A DNA stretch of 64,000 nt from Gammaproteobacteria bacterium (GCA_965209035.1 OZ242372.1:1664001-1728000), one strand, 5' to 3'; counted from the stretch's first letter, positions 22,777 to 33,357 are shown. The notes: generated by a model not told the origin, from the letters alone. A program made the numbers and translations.

Positions 22777-23109
22777 ATGTTAGAAATCTTTATCGCAAAA
22801 GCGCACGCCCAAGAGGCGGCAACCCCCTTGGGATCTTTTGAGCCCTTTATACTACTTTTTGTCTTTGCCGCCGTATTTTATTTCTTTTTGTGGAGACCGC
22901 AATCCAAGAAAAACAAAGCACATAAAGAATTGATGGGCTCTTTGAAGCCCGGCGACGAGGTGGTGACAGCCGGCGGTATCGCGGGTACCATTCGCAAAAT
23001 AGGAGACAATAACTATATAGTTTTGGAAATAGACAATAATACGACCTTAAGAGTTCAAAAACGCTCCATCGCTCAATCCTTACCCAAAGGAACTATTAAA
23101 GGTATTTAG
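22777..23109 (+). CDS. yajC: Preprotein translocase subunit YajC
   Basis: YFFLWRPQ, GDEVVTAGG; tgt-yajC-secD-secF order. Confidence 0.97.
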   Translation: MLEIFIAKAHAQEAATPLGSFEPFILLFVFAAVFYFFLWRPQSKKNKAHKELMGSLKPGDEVVTAGGIAGTIRKIGDNNYIVLEIDNNTTLRVQKRSIAQSLPKGTIKGI

Positions 23110-23148
23110 TAAAGGTATTTAGTAAAAATACTTAGTAAAAATACTTAG
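23097..23148. repeat. 13-bp degenerate tandem repeat (TAAAGGTATTTAG x2, TAAAAATACTTAG x2)
   Basis: Read directly; the first unit is the yajC 3' end including its stop codon. Confidence 0.9.
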
Positions 23149-23175
23149 TCAAATATTTAATCGGAATTAAATAGG

Positions 23176-25119
23176 ATGTTGCTTAGATATATATTCGGCG
23201 ACAGTCTGGGACCGAGACGCCATAAAACCAAAGGGAGAGCACATTTTCTTTGGGCGGCCGTTCCCTTTACGCTTTTGTTGGTATGGGCGCTCGTTTTTTC
23301 AGCCCCGTCCTTTTATCCGGAACTTTATGCCATACAGGTATCTCCCGCCAATCCGTCCGATGAAATTGCTTCCAACGAACTGGTGCTTGATATGCAAGAT
23401 TACTTGGCGGCAAACAACATTACATATCAATATGTCGGTCTGCAGAGAAAAACGGGAGGCACCCGGGTACTGGAACTGCGTTTTGACAGTTCTCGCGAAC
23501 TGCAACAGGTGCGCCCCTATGTGGAAGACCAACTGGGAACGGAAGATTATATTTATGCCTATAACACTGTGCGTGTTGCGCCGCGTTGGCTGCGGAATCT
23601 GGGCGCGCGTCCGATTAACTTGGGCTTGGATTTGCGCGGCGGTGTTTACTTTCTGATGCAAGTGGATACCCGACAGGCGGTGGAACAGCGTATAGAAGTC
23701 TATACCAATCAGTTGGAGACCTTTTTTCGCCAAAGCGATCGGCGTTACTTGCATCAAACATCCGACAAAGAAATATTTATCGGCGAAGATTCTTACCCCG
23801 CGACAGAGTTTGTTTTTGCCGACGCAGAAAAAGGACTGAGTGCGCGCGATGCCGTGTTGGATGAGTTTCCGGAATTGAAGTCCGTGACAGAAGAACAGGG
23901 CGGGCTTTTTCAAGTGCGTTTTTATTTCCCGGAAGAATACATTCGCCAGTTGGAAGACTTTGCCATAGATCAAAATATTGCCACGCTGCGCGAGCGCATC
24001 AACGAGCTCGGGGTGTCCGCGCCTTCCGTTAACAGGCAAGGAAGAAATCGCGTCGCCGTTCAGATTCCCGGTTTGCAAGACACGGCCGCCGCCAAGCGGA
24101 TCATTGGCTCCACCGCTAATCTGGAGTTTCGTTTGGAAACACTTGCCGGTGGCAACAGACTGGGACGGCGTTTTTCGTTTCGTAGTAACCCGAATGAAAA
24201 GGCCTATTTGGAACCCAATTCTATTGTGACAGGCGCCAATGTCATCAATGCCCTGGTGCAATTTGATGAGAACAACTTTCCCCAAGTGGCAATTACTTTG
24301 GACGGCAAAGGCGGTCGGTCGATGAATCGCGCCACCCGAAGTGCTGTCGGTCGTAATATGGGAGTCCTTCTGGTTAATACCAAGGTCGAAGATATTCTTG
24401 AGGATGAGAAGGGCGAACTAAAGTTTGTGACGAGAACCGAAAAAGAAATTATCAGTTTGGCGACCATTCGCGATGTGCTGGGCAGCCGGTTTGTGATTAC
24501 CGGCCTCGACGGTCCGGGAGAGGCGTCCGAACTGGCTCTTTTGCTTCGCTCGGGGGCCCTTGCGGCGCCGATTTACTTTGTGGAAGAGCGCACCATAGGT
24601 CCCAGTCTCGGTCAAGACAATATTCGCAAAGGGAGTTTGTCCTTGCTTGGCGGCGCGCTTGCGGTGATTCTTTTTATTCTTTTTTATTACAAACTTTGCG
24701 GTCTGCTTGCCAATATTGCGCTTGTTTTCAATATGACCCTCATCCTTGCGATCATGACGCAATTGAATGCGGTTCTTACCATGCCGGGAATTGCCGGCAT
24801 CGTCCTTACCGTCGGCATGGCGGTGGATGCAAACATTCTCATTTTCTCTCGCATCAAGGAAGAATTAAAACGCAATCCGAATCCGACGGCGGCCATCACT
24901 GCCGGCTATGATCGTGCTCTTATTACCGTGTTGGATGCCAACATTACCACCCTGTTGGTGGGCATCATACTTTTTGCCATAGGGACCGGGGCGGTCAAGG
25001 GGTTTGCGGTGACGCTTTCTATCGGAATATTAACTTCGTTATTCACAAGTGTGGTATTTACCCGTAAACTAATGGAATGGATTTATGCACCCGGCAGGCT
25101 GAAAAAAATATATATTTAA
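23176..25119 (+). CDS. secD: Protein translocase subunit SecD
   Basis: LGLDLRGG, RINELGV, TIGPSLG, GMAVDANILI. Confidence 0.98.
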   Translation: MLLRYIFGDSLGPRRHKTKGRAHFLWAAVPFTLLLVWALVFSAPSFYPELYAIQVSPANPSDEIASNELVLDMQDYLAANNITYQYVGLQRKTGGTRVLELRFDSSRELQQVRPYVEDQLGTEDYIYAYNTVRVAPRWLRNLGARPINLGLDLRGGVYFLMQVDTRQAVEQRIEVYTNQLETFFRQSDRRYLHQTSDKEIFIGEDSYPATEFVFADAEKGLSARDAVLDEFPELKSVTEEQGGLFQVRFYFPEEYIRQLEDFAIDQNIATLRERINELGVSAPSVNRQGRNRVAVQIPGLQDTAAAKRIIGSTANLEFRLETLAGGNRLGRRFSFRSNPNEKAYLEPNSIVTGANVINALVQFDENNFPQVAITLDGKGGRSMNRATRSAVGRNMGVLLVNTKVEDILEDEKGELKFVTRTEKEIISLATIRDVLGSRFVITGLDGPGEASELALLLRSGALAAPIYFVEERTIGPSLGQDNIRKGSLSLLGGALAVILFILFYYKLCGLLANIALVFNMTLILAIMTQLNAVLTMPGIAGIVLTVGMAVDANILIFSRIKEELKRNPNPTAAITAGYDRALITVLDANITTLLVGIILFAIGTGAVKGFAVTLSIGILTSLFTSVVFTRKLMEWIYAPGRLKKIYI

Positions 25120-25131
25120 GAACCAAATAAT

Positions 25132-26052
25132 ATGATCGCCAAACTACAACAACAATTTGAAAATTTTAGTTTTATGCGTTACGGCAAGCTGATGCTGGTC
25201 GTTTCGTGTGTCATGCTGGTTATTTCCTTGTTTTCCTTCGGGGTGCGGGGCGTTAACCTTGGTTTGGATTTTACGGGGGGAACAGTTGTTGAAGTTGAGT
25301 ATGACGAAAGTGTGTCCCTGGGCACTATTCGGTCGTCCTTGGCGGCGGGCGGATTCTCGAATGTCTTGGTGCAACACTTTGGCAATGACCGCACAGTTTT
25401 GGTAAGTGTCAAAGAGAAGGAGGTGGCGGGAGTTGGCCAACAGATTTTTGAAAGGATGAGACAAACCCGCCCGGACGCCGTTCTCAGACGCAGCGAGTTT
25501 ATTGGCGCTCAGGTGGGTGCCGAACTTCAAGAAAAAGGAGGCCTGGCGATGTTGTTGGCTCTGGGCATCATTTTGATTTACATTGCGTTTAGATTTCAGT
25601 TAAAGTTTGCTTGCAGTGCCATTTTGGCTTTGGTGCATGATGTTCTCATCGTTCTTGGTCTTTTTTCTATCCTTGGTATGGAATTTGATCTGAGTGTTCT
25701 GGCGGCGCTTCTTGCGGTCATCGGTTATTCGCTCAACGATACTCTGGTGGTTTCGGATCGGATCAGAGAAAATTTTAGCGCGGTTTATCTGGAGGATGTG
25801 ACTCAGATTATGGATATTTCCTTGCGTCAGGTATTTGGACGAACGATTATCACTTCGTTCACGACGCTGTTGGTTTTGCTGTCTCTGTGTTTTTTTGGCG
25901 GCGAAGGGATTCGTAACTTTGCCATTGCTCTGACGGTCGGGGTCTTGGTCGGCACCTATTCGTCTATTTACATTTGTGCCAGTTCGCTTTTATTGCTGAA
26001 GATTAAGCGAGATGACTTCGTCTCCGAGAAAAAGAAAACCGTAGGCATATGA
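25132..26052 (+). CDS. secF: Protein translocase subunit SecF
   Basis: GLDFTGG, IGYSLNDT.VV.DRIRE, GTYSSI. Confidence 0.98.
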   Translation: MIAKLQQQFENFSFMRYGKLMLVVSCVMLVISLFSFGVRGVNLGLDFTGGTVVEVEYDESVSLGTIRSSLAAGGFSNVLVQHFGNDRTVLVSVKEKEVAGVGQQIFERMRQTRPDAVLRRSEFIGAQVGAELQEKGGLAMLLALGIILIYIAFRFQLKFACSAILALVHDVLIVLGLFSILGMEFDLSVLAALLAVIGYSLNDTLVVSDRIRENFSAVYLEDVTQIMDISLRQVFGRTIITSFTTLLVLLSLCFFGGEGIRNFAIALTVGVLVGTYSSIYICASSLLLLKIKRDDFVSEKKKTVGI

Positions 26053-26699
26053 ACCTCTCGCGACTCGCCCCGGCAAGATTTTCTTTTACACGGACACGGA
26101 CTATTCTTTTTGCGCTTGCTCTTTTATTCCTGTCTCCTCTTGCACATGCCGGCAAGTTTTACTTCACTTTGGCAAACAACCCGGAAAGAAGCGGGTTTAA
26201 TTCGGCCGAGTTTAGTTTATCCGGCGGCGGCGCTTACACAGGCACAGTGGATCTTGGCGGGACGCTTTACTTAAACGCCGAGAACTTGCGTTATCTTAGT
26301 TTTGATGTCTTTTCTTCGTTGGAAAGTGTTCAACAAACCGGCTTTTTGTTTGCGGCGGGGGCGCATATCTTTGCTTTGGAAGCCGAACACGAGGGACCTC
26401 CCGAATTAGAGAGAGCTTTTAGTTATGGCATATCGGCCGGGTTGGATATGGGTTATCAATTTCCAACCGGCATCCCCACAGTTCTCCTTTGGTCTTTTGA
26501 TTATGCACCGGATCTGCTCACAGGCGGAAAACTGGAGGAATTGATTCTAAGCTCCGTTCTTTATGAAGTAAAATTTACACCCATCGTCATCGGTCATGTT
26601 TCATACAGATACGGTCGGGGAGAATTTTCCGAATCTGTTCCCGATGAAATTTCTCAGTTTGAAAACAGCATTGGCTTGGGCATCAAGATTCGTTTTTAG
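26049..26699 (+). CDS. Outer-membrane beta-barrel protein (YfaZ-like)
   Basis: Signal peptide ending AHA, alternating beta pattern, YAPD motif, C-terminal Phe (GIKIRF). Confidence 0.6.
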   Translation: MNLSRLAPARFSFTRTRTILFALALLFLSPLAHAGKFYFTLANNPERSGFNSAEFSLSGGGAYTGTVDLGGTLYLNAENLRYLSFDVFSSLESVQQTGFLFAAGAHIFALEAEHEGPPELERAFSYGISAGLDMGYQFPTGIPTVLLWSFDYAPDLLTGGKLEELILSSVLYEVKFTPIVIGHVSYRYGRGEFSESVPDEISQFENSIGLGIKIRF

Positions 26700-26820
26700 C
26701 GCATCTTTGCCGTAATAAAGGCGAAGGCGGTCGCGGCGGCGAAAAAGTGCTATGTCCGATATCACGCAACTTAAACGCAACTTAAATTTAGACATGATTT
26801 TGGCATATAATATTTACTGA

Positions 26821-26894
26821 GGCTATGTAGCTCAGTCGGTTAGAGCACAGCACTCATAACGCTGGGGTCGGTGGTTCAAGTCCACCCATAGCCA
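26821..26894 (+). tRNA. tRNA-Met (elongator, CAT); 3' CCA not encoded
   Basis: GGCTATG/CATAGCC acceptor stem, AGCTCAGTCGGTTAGAGC D arm, CTCATAA anticodon loop, GGTTCAAGTCC T arm; upstream TATAAT. Confidence 0.96.
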
Positions 26895-26991
26895 TTTTAT
26901 TTTGGGGCGGAGTTCTCTCTTTTGAATGCCTCCCCGATTTGTTTATTAATAGACCGATATTTGACATTAAAAAAATAAACTCTTAAAAGTG

Positions 26992-27369
26992 ATGAACGAA
27001 AACAACGAAGACAACAAAAACGACGAAAACGAAAATCTTTTCCTCAAGATCATTAACAAAGAACTTCCCGCGGACATTGTTTATGAGGACGATCAATTGG
27101 TGGCGTTCCGGGATATTCAACCGGCGGCCCCATTGCATTTGCTATTGGTGCCGCGCAAACATATTCGGACGGTGGACGACATACGCAAAGAGGATGCGCC
27201 CTTGATTAGCCATATGATTTTAACCGCCCAAAAGTTGGCGCGCGAACATGGTGTCAGCGAGAGCGGGTACAGATTGCAATTCAACTGCAAGGGTGACGGC
27301 GGGCAAGTGGTTTATCATCTGCACCTGCATTTGATTGGCGGTAAAAAACTCCCAAACTACAACACATAA
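26992..27369 (+). CDS. hinT: HIT-family nucleotide-binding protein
   Basis: F.KII..ELPA.IVYED, QVVYHLHLHLIGG. Confidence 0.93.
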   Translation: MNENNEDNKNDENENLFLKIINKELPADIVYEDDQLVAFRDIQPAAPLHLLLVPRKHIRTVDDIRKEDAPLISHMILTAQKLAREHGVSESGYRLQFNCKGDGGQVVYHLHLHLIGGKKLPNYNT

Positions 27370-27441
27370 CCGGCACGCGTTTGTCGTTCAAAACAGCCAC
27401 AACAATCACAAAATAACAAGGTGAGGTAAGGAGTCGGTGGT

Positions 27442-28173
27442 ATGAGACTCTTGCAGCAGATCCAAAACCGGCTTGCGTTTTGGGATCAGGCCCGCAGCTG
27501 CATGTTTTGTTTGGGAAGCCCCGCACCGGACGGCTTTTGTCTTGCTTGCTATAAAGACTTGCCGTTCATTGAAAAAAGCTGTCTCTTGTGTGCGCTTCCT
27601 CTGCCGGCGGATAGCGGCCATTGGCAAGAGTTATGTGTTTCTTGTCAAAAAAAACCACCGCCGCCGGATTACACATTTGCCGCGCTGCATTACCGGGCTC
27701 CGCTGAGACGGGCCCTGCACGAGTTGAAGTTCCGCCGACAATTACGGTATGCTCGCGCCTTGGGAAACATCTGGTTGCAATCTCTGCTGACCGATTCGCG
27801 CGGGTTCGCGGGAGAGGAAGACCGGCCGGATCTTCTGTTGCCGGTGCCCCTGCACCCCGTTAAGTTGGGTCAGCGCGGCTTCAATCCGAGTTACGAACTG
27901 GCAAGGCCCTTGGCAGAGTTCTTAAAAGTGCCTTTGGCTGTCCAAACTTCTCGGCGAATCAAGAACACGGAACCGCAACTTAAGCTTTCTCCGTCTCAGC
28001 GCCGCCGCAATCTTAAAGGTGCGTTTGAAGTTAACCCGAAGGATGTGCGGGGAAAATATGTTGTTATTTTGGATGATGTCATCACTTCGGGTGCCACTGT
28101 CTATGAGTTGGCACGTACTTTACGTCGTAAGGGCGCGCGCCGAATCGCCGCTTGGAGTCTCTTGCGCGCTTAA
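27442..28173 (+). CDS. comF: ComF/GntX family phosphoribosyltransferase-like protein
   Basis: CxxC zinc fingers, PVPLH...RGFN, LDDVITSGAT. Confidence 0.9.
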   Translation: MRLLQQIQNRLAFWDQARSCMFCLGSPAPDGFCLACYKDLPFIEKSCLLCALPLPADSGHWQELCVSCQKKPPPPDYTFAALHYRAPLRRALHELKFRRQLRYARALGNIWLQSLLTDSRGFAGEEDRPDLLLPVPLHPVKLGQRGFNPSYELARPLAEFLKVPLAVQTSRRIKNTEPQLKLSPSQRRRNLKGAFEVNPKDVRGKYVVILDDVITSGATVYELARTLRRKGARRIAAWSLLRA

Positions 28174-28266
28174 TCCATCCGCATTAATTAATCCACTTTG
28201 AAGTCTTTTAAAAAAGAGCAACGCAAACGGGGGGGGGGGGAAGATAGATAGATAGGTCAAGATCTG

Positions 28267-30765
28267 CTACATTACTTTCTTTAGAAGTTGACGCGGCGGA
28301 ATCACGATTGCTTGGCGACATTGAAGTAATCCTGTTACTCCGGCCAGGAGAGCCCCCAACAAGGGGGCAACTAACAGATAGGGGTGAAATGAGAATTCTT
28401 GTTCAAGAAAGAAAGTGAAGATACAATAGATCACAATTTCCGTCCCCACGGCGGCCAAAATTCCCCCCAACAAACCCAGGAAACAAAATTCCAACAGGTT
28501 ATGCATGATCGCCTGGGTGTTGGATTCGCCAATTAACCGCAATGTTACGGTTGTCACAGTTCTGAGCCGGATACTGACTTGCAGCGCGGCAAAAAAGACC
28601 GCCAGGGCCGCGATAACTCCCAACGCCAAAATTAATTGCATGGCGTCTGATACCAGATTTAAGATTCCCGTAACTTGACGCATGATGTTCTCGATAGAGA
28701 TTAGAGCAACGGTCGGAAATTCTCTTGTCAGTTCCGCCAGGACTTCCGCTTTTTCCGGGGGCAAGTAGAAACTTGTAATAAATGTGCGCGGGAATTCCGC
28801 CAGTGCGACTTCCGGGAAAAGAATATAAAAGTTCGGCTTAAAATCCTCCCAGTCCACCTCCCGCAGGTTAGCGACATAGGCATTGAGTCTGACGCCGCCG
28901 ATCAAAAATACAAGTTCATCATTCAAGTCCAAACCAAACTCTTCGGCAATCCCGCTTTCAACCGAAACCGGGTAGATTCCTTGTTTCTTGGTGATGGGTT
29001 GCCACCAGGATCCTTTTTGAAGTTTGTTATGCGAAGGTACGCGGTTGCTCCAACTGAGGTTAAATTCTCGCTCGGCTTCCGAACCGTAGGTGCCGAGCCG
29101 CTTGGTTCTTTCGGCCAAGGATTCTTCGTTGACAGTGATCAGTTTGCCGCGCACTATGCCAAACAACGACTCGGTGGCAATCGTTCGTTTGCTCATAAAT
29201 TCCTCCACAGTCGGCACTTCCGGCGGGGCGATGTTGATTAAAAAATTGTTCGGTGTTCCCGGTTCAACGACTTTTTGCCAATCTTTTACCAGAGAAACTC
29301 GCATCACTGTCAGGATGCCGATGAGCATGAAGGCGGCCGCAAATGCCATAATCTGCAAACTGTTAATCCGCCAGTTTCTATACAAAGAACTGACACTAAT
29401 CCGCCAAATAACACCTAATTTGGTCAAGCGCGTAAAAAAGAATCGCAGAATCCCGTAGTTCATCAGGGAAATTAAAATGACGAATCCCAGCATCCCGCCA
29501 AACAGACTGAAGGCGACAACCCAACTGCCGCTATAAAGAAGAATCAACACAAAGATACCGATACAGGTTGCACTTCCGGTGATGCCAAAGGTGCGAATAC
29601 CGCCGAATGGCTCGTAGTTATCGGCAAGGCGACGCGAACGCAGCACCGAGTAGGGCGGCACAGATACCAGCTGCCGCAAGTTCGGCAGCACAAACGCGAC
29701 CAAGCAGATGACCAGGCTCATTAATCCCAGACCGAAAGGTTCCCAGGCAATTCCCGGCACCGGCGCGGGCAGGAACTCTCGCAAAATATTTCCTATGAGG
29801 CGGTATCCGAGCCAACCAAACAGACAGCCCGCCAGGTATGCCAACAGTGCCGGCGGGAGCAGGCGGACTGCCAAGTAAGCGAGAACCTGTTTCGGCGTGT
29901 AGCCGAGTGTCTTAAGCAAGGCAATGTAGCGCGAGTTTTCATCCAAGTAATATCGGCTTGTCAGCACCAACGCCATGGCGGCCAAAATAATGGTCAAAGA
30001 GCCGCTGAGTAATAAAAATGAGTTCAACCGTCGCAGAATGTCGCCGAAGTTCTCGTCCTCATCGCCCGCCAAAGTCAACTCCGCCGTTTCCGATTTTTCG
30101 GTTTTCAGCAGCCGGGCATATTGCCGAACGGATTCCGCCTCGCCGGACCAAAAATAGCCATAACGAACCCGGCTGCCGGGAATAACCAGATTGGTGGCTT
30201 CCAGATCCGCGAGATTGATCATGACTTGAGGCGCAAAGGAAAAGAACGAAGGCCTGCCGGGTTGATTTTGCAAATAGGCGGAAAAACGCAGAACGGTGTT
30301 GCCCACTTCTATGGAATCGCCAATTTGGGCCGCCAAGGCCGCCGCAACCCGACTATCCAGCCAGATTGCACCGGCAGCCGGCGGCGGCACACGCGCAACG
30401 GCCCCGCCCGGTTGCCGACTTGTCTCCAGCCAACCGCGCAACGGGTAGTTGTGTTGAATTGCGCGCACCCGTGCCAGTTGAAACGCATCATTGCGCGGGT
30501 TGTAAATGACGGAGGTGGTACTGATTCTCTTTGATTCGCTCAAACCGTATTCGGCGGCGGCAATTCGCAGATTCTCTTCTATCGGTGCCCCGGCCGACCA
30601 TTTGATATCACCTCCCAGTAATTCGGCGGTATAACTTCGCAATCCATTGTTCAGTCGTTCGGCAAGCAGTGCCGGCGTAACTATGGCGATTGTGCCGATC
30701 ATCAACGCCAACAGAAAAATTCCGGTTTCCTTGGCGCGCAGTTCGCGCCATAAACGAAAGGTCAT
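28267..30765 (-). CDS. ybbP: YbbP-like ABC permease (FtsX-type)
   Basis: LLGGD, YPLRG, PNNFLINI, R.VDW..F.PNFY; coupled to a ybbA-like ATPase with divergent tesA. Confidence 0.88.
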   Translation of the reverse strand: MTFRLWRELRAKETGIFLLALMIGTIAIVTPALLAERLNNGLRSYTAELLGGDIKWSAGAPIEENLRIAAAEYGLSESKRISTTSVIYNPRNDAFQLARVRAIQHNYPLRGWLETSRQPGGAVARVPPPAAGAIWLDSRVAAALAAQIGDSIEVGNTVLRFSAYLQNQPGRPSFFSFAPQVMINLADLEATNLVIPGSRVRYGYFWSGEAESVRQYARLLKTEKSETAELTLAGDEDENFGDILRRLNSFLLLSGSLTIILAAMALVLTSRYYLDENSRYIALLKTLGYTPKQVLAYLAVRLLPPALLAYLAGCLFGWLGYRLIGNILREFLPAPVPGIAWEPFGLGLMSLVICLVAFVLPNLRQLVSVPPYSVLRSRRLADNYEPFGGIRTFGITGSATCIGIFVLILLYSGSWVVAFSLFGGMLGFVILISLMNYGILRFFFTRLTKLGVIWRISVSSLYRNWRINSLQIMAFAAAFMLIGILTVMRVSLVKDWQKVVEPGTPNNFLINIAPPEVPTVEEFMSKRTIATESLFGIVRGKLITVNEESLAERTKRLGTYGSEAEREFNLSWSNRVPSHNKLQKGSWWQPITKKQGIYPVSVESGIAEEFGLDLNDELVFLIGGVRLNAYVANLREVDWEDFKPNFYILFPEVALAEFPRTFITSFYLPPEKAEVLAELTREFPTVALISIENIMRQVTGILNLVSDAMQLILALGVIAALAVFFAALQVSIRLRTVTTVTLRLIGESNTQAIMHNLLEFCFLGLLGGILAAVGTEIVIYCIFTFFLEQEFSFHPYLLVAPLLGALLAGVTGLLQCRQAIVIPPRQLLKKVM

Positions 30766-31469
30766 GCCGGAATCTTTTGACTTGGAGGCCGTTTTTGCAG
30801 ATCTTTGTTTCGCAACTCATAAACGACGGAGCATCGATTGGCCAACCGAAGATCATGAGTCACCAGAATTAAAGTGGTATTGTTTTGATGATTGAGGTCA
30901 AACAACAGATTGGACACGCGCGCGCCTGTTTCGTCGTCCAGGTTACCGCTCGGTTCGTCCGCATAGAGAATTTTCGGCCTGGTTACAAATGCGCGTACGA
31001 TGGCGGTGCGTTGCTGCTCGCCGCCGGATAACTGACCGGGGTAACGCTCGCTTTTGGTTGCCATGCCCACCTTATCCAGATCCGCCATAGCCCGTTCCCG
31101 GGCGTTTTTTTGATTCAGCATCTCAAGCGGCAGGATGACATTTTCCAGTGCCGTCATATGTGGCAGCAGCATAAAATCTTGGAAAACGAACCCTGACATT
31201 TTTGCTCTAATTAAACTGCGCTCCTTTTCGCTCAGGCGGGCAATATCCCGACCGTCTATGCGGATACTGCCCGATGTGGGGGTATCCAACCCGGCAAGAA
31301 GAGACAATAGGGTGGTTTTACCGCTGCCCGAAGAGCCGACGATGGCAATGGTTTCGCCCGCCCGAACCTTCAAGTTCACATTCCGTAATACCGCAAAAGG
31401 AGGTTCTCCCTTTCTTGCAGCCCCGAACTCCTTGGTGATGTCCGCAGCATCTATAAGATATTCGCTCAT
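30762..31469 (-). CDS. ybbA: YbbA-like ABC ATPase
   Basis: GSSGSGKTT, LSGGEQQR, ADEPSGNLD; start at ATG 31469. Confidence 0.88.
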   Translation of the reverse strand: MSEYLIDAADITKEFGAARKGEPPFAVLRNVNLKVRAGETIAIVGSSGSGKTTLLSLLAGLDTPTSGSIRIDGRDIARLSEKERSLIRAKMSGFVFQDFMLLPHMTALENVILPLEMLNQKNARERAMADLDKVGMATKSERYPGQLSGGEQQRTAIVRAFVTRPKILYADEPSGNLDDETGARVSNLLFDLNHQNNTTLILVTHDLRLANRCSVVYELRNKDLQKRPPSQKIPA

Positions 31470-31631
31470 TTGTATTTTCGTTCCAAAAGATTCAATATAA
31501 GATAAGTTAAAAGATAAGTTAAAAGTCGGAGGTATGCCTCCTGCCCTTCTTAAAGTATAAGTACGCAACCGCCCGGATGATCCCCTTCCTTTTGTGCCGA
31601 TGATTCGGGCTTCATATAATATTTTTGTAAT

Positions 31632-32306
31632 ATGGCAACAATTTCCATCACATTCTTACGACGGATCTCTCTCCCCTGTCGGCACGCTTTTGTTATTGTC
31701 TTGTTGTTATTGGTTTTTCCGCAGGCGGGGGCAGGGGCTTCGCAGGATACCGAAAAACCCGTCATTGTTGTTCTGGGCGACAGCCTCAGTGCCGCTTACA
31801 ACATTCCCGTTTCCCGCGGTTGGGTGGCATTGCTTGGCGCGAAATTGCGTGAAGAGGGATATGCGCATGAAGTCATTAATGAGAGTATTTCCGGCGATAC
31901 CACAGGCGGCGGCTTGGCACGGCTGCCCGCTATTTTGGAGCGCAACCGCAACAAAGTATCTTTGTTAATCCTGGAATTGGGCGGAAATGACGGGCTGCGC
32001 GGCTATCCTTTGGATGTAATGAAAGAAAACCTGGTGAACATCATTCGGTTGGCGGGTCGCGCGAATGCCAAGGTTCTGTTAGCCGGTATTACGATTCCAA
32101 ATAACTACGGCCCCCGTTACAGGCGTCAATTTGAAGATGTTTATCAACAGATTGCCACAGAAGAAAAAACAGCGTTGCTGCCCAACCTGTTGCAAGATGT
32201 CCCGCTGACAGAAGCGTACTTTTTGGAGGATCGACTGCATCCCGCGGTCGTTGCCCAGCCGATTATCGCGGATACTGTTTGGCTGGTACTTGCCCAAATG
32301 CTTTAA
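31632..32306 (+). CDS. tesA: GDSL arylesterase/thioesterase I
   Basis: GDSLSA, SISGDTT, ELGGNDGLRG, DRLHP; signal peptide. Confidence 0.93.
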   Translation: MATISITFLRRISLPCRHAFVIVLLLLVFPQAGAGASQDTEKPVIVVLGDSLSAAYNIPVSRGWVALLGAKLREEGYAHEVINESISGDTTGGGLARLPAILERNRNKVSLLILELGGNDGLRGYPLDVMKENLVNIIRLAGRANAKVLLAGITIPNNYGPRYRRQFEDVYQQIATEEKTALLPNLLQDVPLTEAYFLEDRLHPAVVAQPIIADTVWLVLAQML

Positions 32307-32365
32307 AAAACACAAAAAAACATAAAACATGATCTGCGAATACCGAATGCACCGCCAAAATACGG

Positions 32366-33316
32366 ATGCCGATGGCGGAGCATAATACTCGGGAAACCCC
32401 CGCAGCCGCCCGGGATTTTTTGCGGCGAATTCTACAACAACAAACCGAAGAAACGAAAAAGAGATCCGCCCAAAAAAGTTTGAGCCGGCTAAAAGCCAAA
32501 ATTGTCGGCCTGCCTCCTTGCCATCCCTTTGCCGAGGCGTTGCGTGCCCGCCGGTCCTCCTTTTCCTCCTTTTCCTCCTTTTCCTCTTTTCCTGCCTTTA
32601 TTGCCGAACTAAAAAAAGCATCCCCGAGCCAGGGGTTGCTGCGCCCCGATTATGACTCGGCGGCAATTGCCCGCGGCTATGCCGAGGCGGGGGCGGCCTG
32701 CTTGTCCGTTTTGACGAATGCCGCTTTTCTGGGCGAGAGCGCACATTTGCAACTTGTTCGCTCGGTAACGAATCTGCCCTTGCTGCGCAAGGATTTCATC
32801 ATTGACGAGTATCAGGTTTACGAAACCCGCCTTCTCGGGGCGGATGCGATGCTGTTAATTGTTGCTTGCCTGTCCGCCGAAAAACTTGCCCGGTTACATG
32901 AACTGGGGCTTGAACTGGGATTGGATGTGTTGGTGGAAGTTCACGATGCGGAGGAATTGGAAATCGCACTGAAAATAGGCGCCCAAATGATCGGCGTCAA
33001 TAATCGCAATCTGAAAACTTTTGAAGTGAACCTGCATAAGGGAGCGGAACTGCTGGCCATCCTGGCCCAAAAGAATCCTTCTGTCCTGTCAATTGCCGAA
33101 AGCGGTATGCGGACTGCCGGGCAGATTCTTCCCATGATGGCCGCCGGTGCCGGGGCATTTCTTGTCGGCACTTCTTTGATGCGTTCTGCCGATCCCGGCC
33201 GGGCACTTGCCGCACTGATCAAGAGCGTTCGGGAAGCCATTGCCAAACATTCCAAGGAGGATGTTTCCGCCGTTCCGACCGCACCCACCGGCCCGGACCG
33301 ATTGGGTACCAAGTGA
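32366..33316 (+). CDS. trpC: Indole-3-glycerol phosphate synthase
   Basis: IAELKKASPSQG, LRKDFIID.YQ, GVNNRNL, AESG. Confidence 0.97.
   Translation: MPMAEHNTRETPAAARDFLRRILQQQTEETKKRSAQKSLSRLKAKIVGLPPCHPFAEALRARRSSFSSFSSFSSFPAFIAELKKASPSQGLLRPDYDSAAIARGYAEAGAACLSVLTNAAFLGESAHLQLVRSVTNLPLLRKDFIIDEYQVYETRLLGADAMLLIVACLSAEKLARLHELGLELGLDVLVEVHDAEELEIALKIGAQMIGVNNRNLKTFEVNLHKGAELLAILAQKNPSVLSIAESGMRTAGQILPMMAAGAGAFLVGTSLMRSADPGRALAALIKSVREAIAKHSKEDVSAVPTAPTGPDRLGTK
32555..32590. repeat. In-frame 9-bp tandem repeat TCCTCCTTT x4 (SSF x4) inside trpC
   Basis: Read directly; last unit has one mismatch. Confidence 0.9.
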
Positions 33317-33357
33317 CCGCATGCCCATATGCACCGCCCGTAATCCCCCCCCGCAGA

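Noticed and set aside
26821-26894. tRNA as an integration site, or as tRNA-Ile2/fMet
   Set aside because: No integrase or duplicated 3' end seen; G1-C72 pairing and overall sequence match elongator Met
28229-28255. G12 homopolymer plus AGAT repeats as a phase-variation switch
   Set aside because: Lies between the 3' ends of the convergent comF and ybbP genes, not in a promoter or ORF
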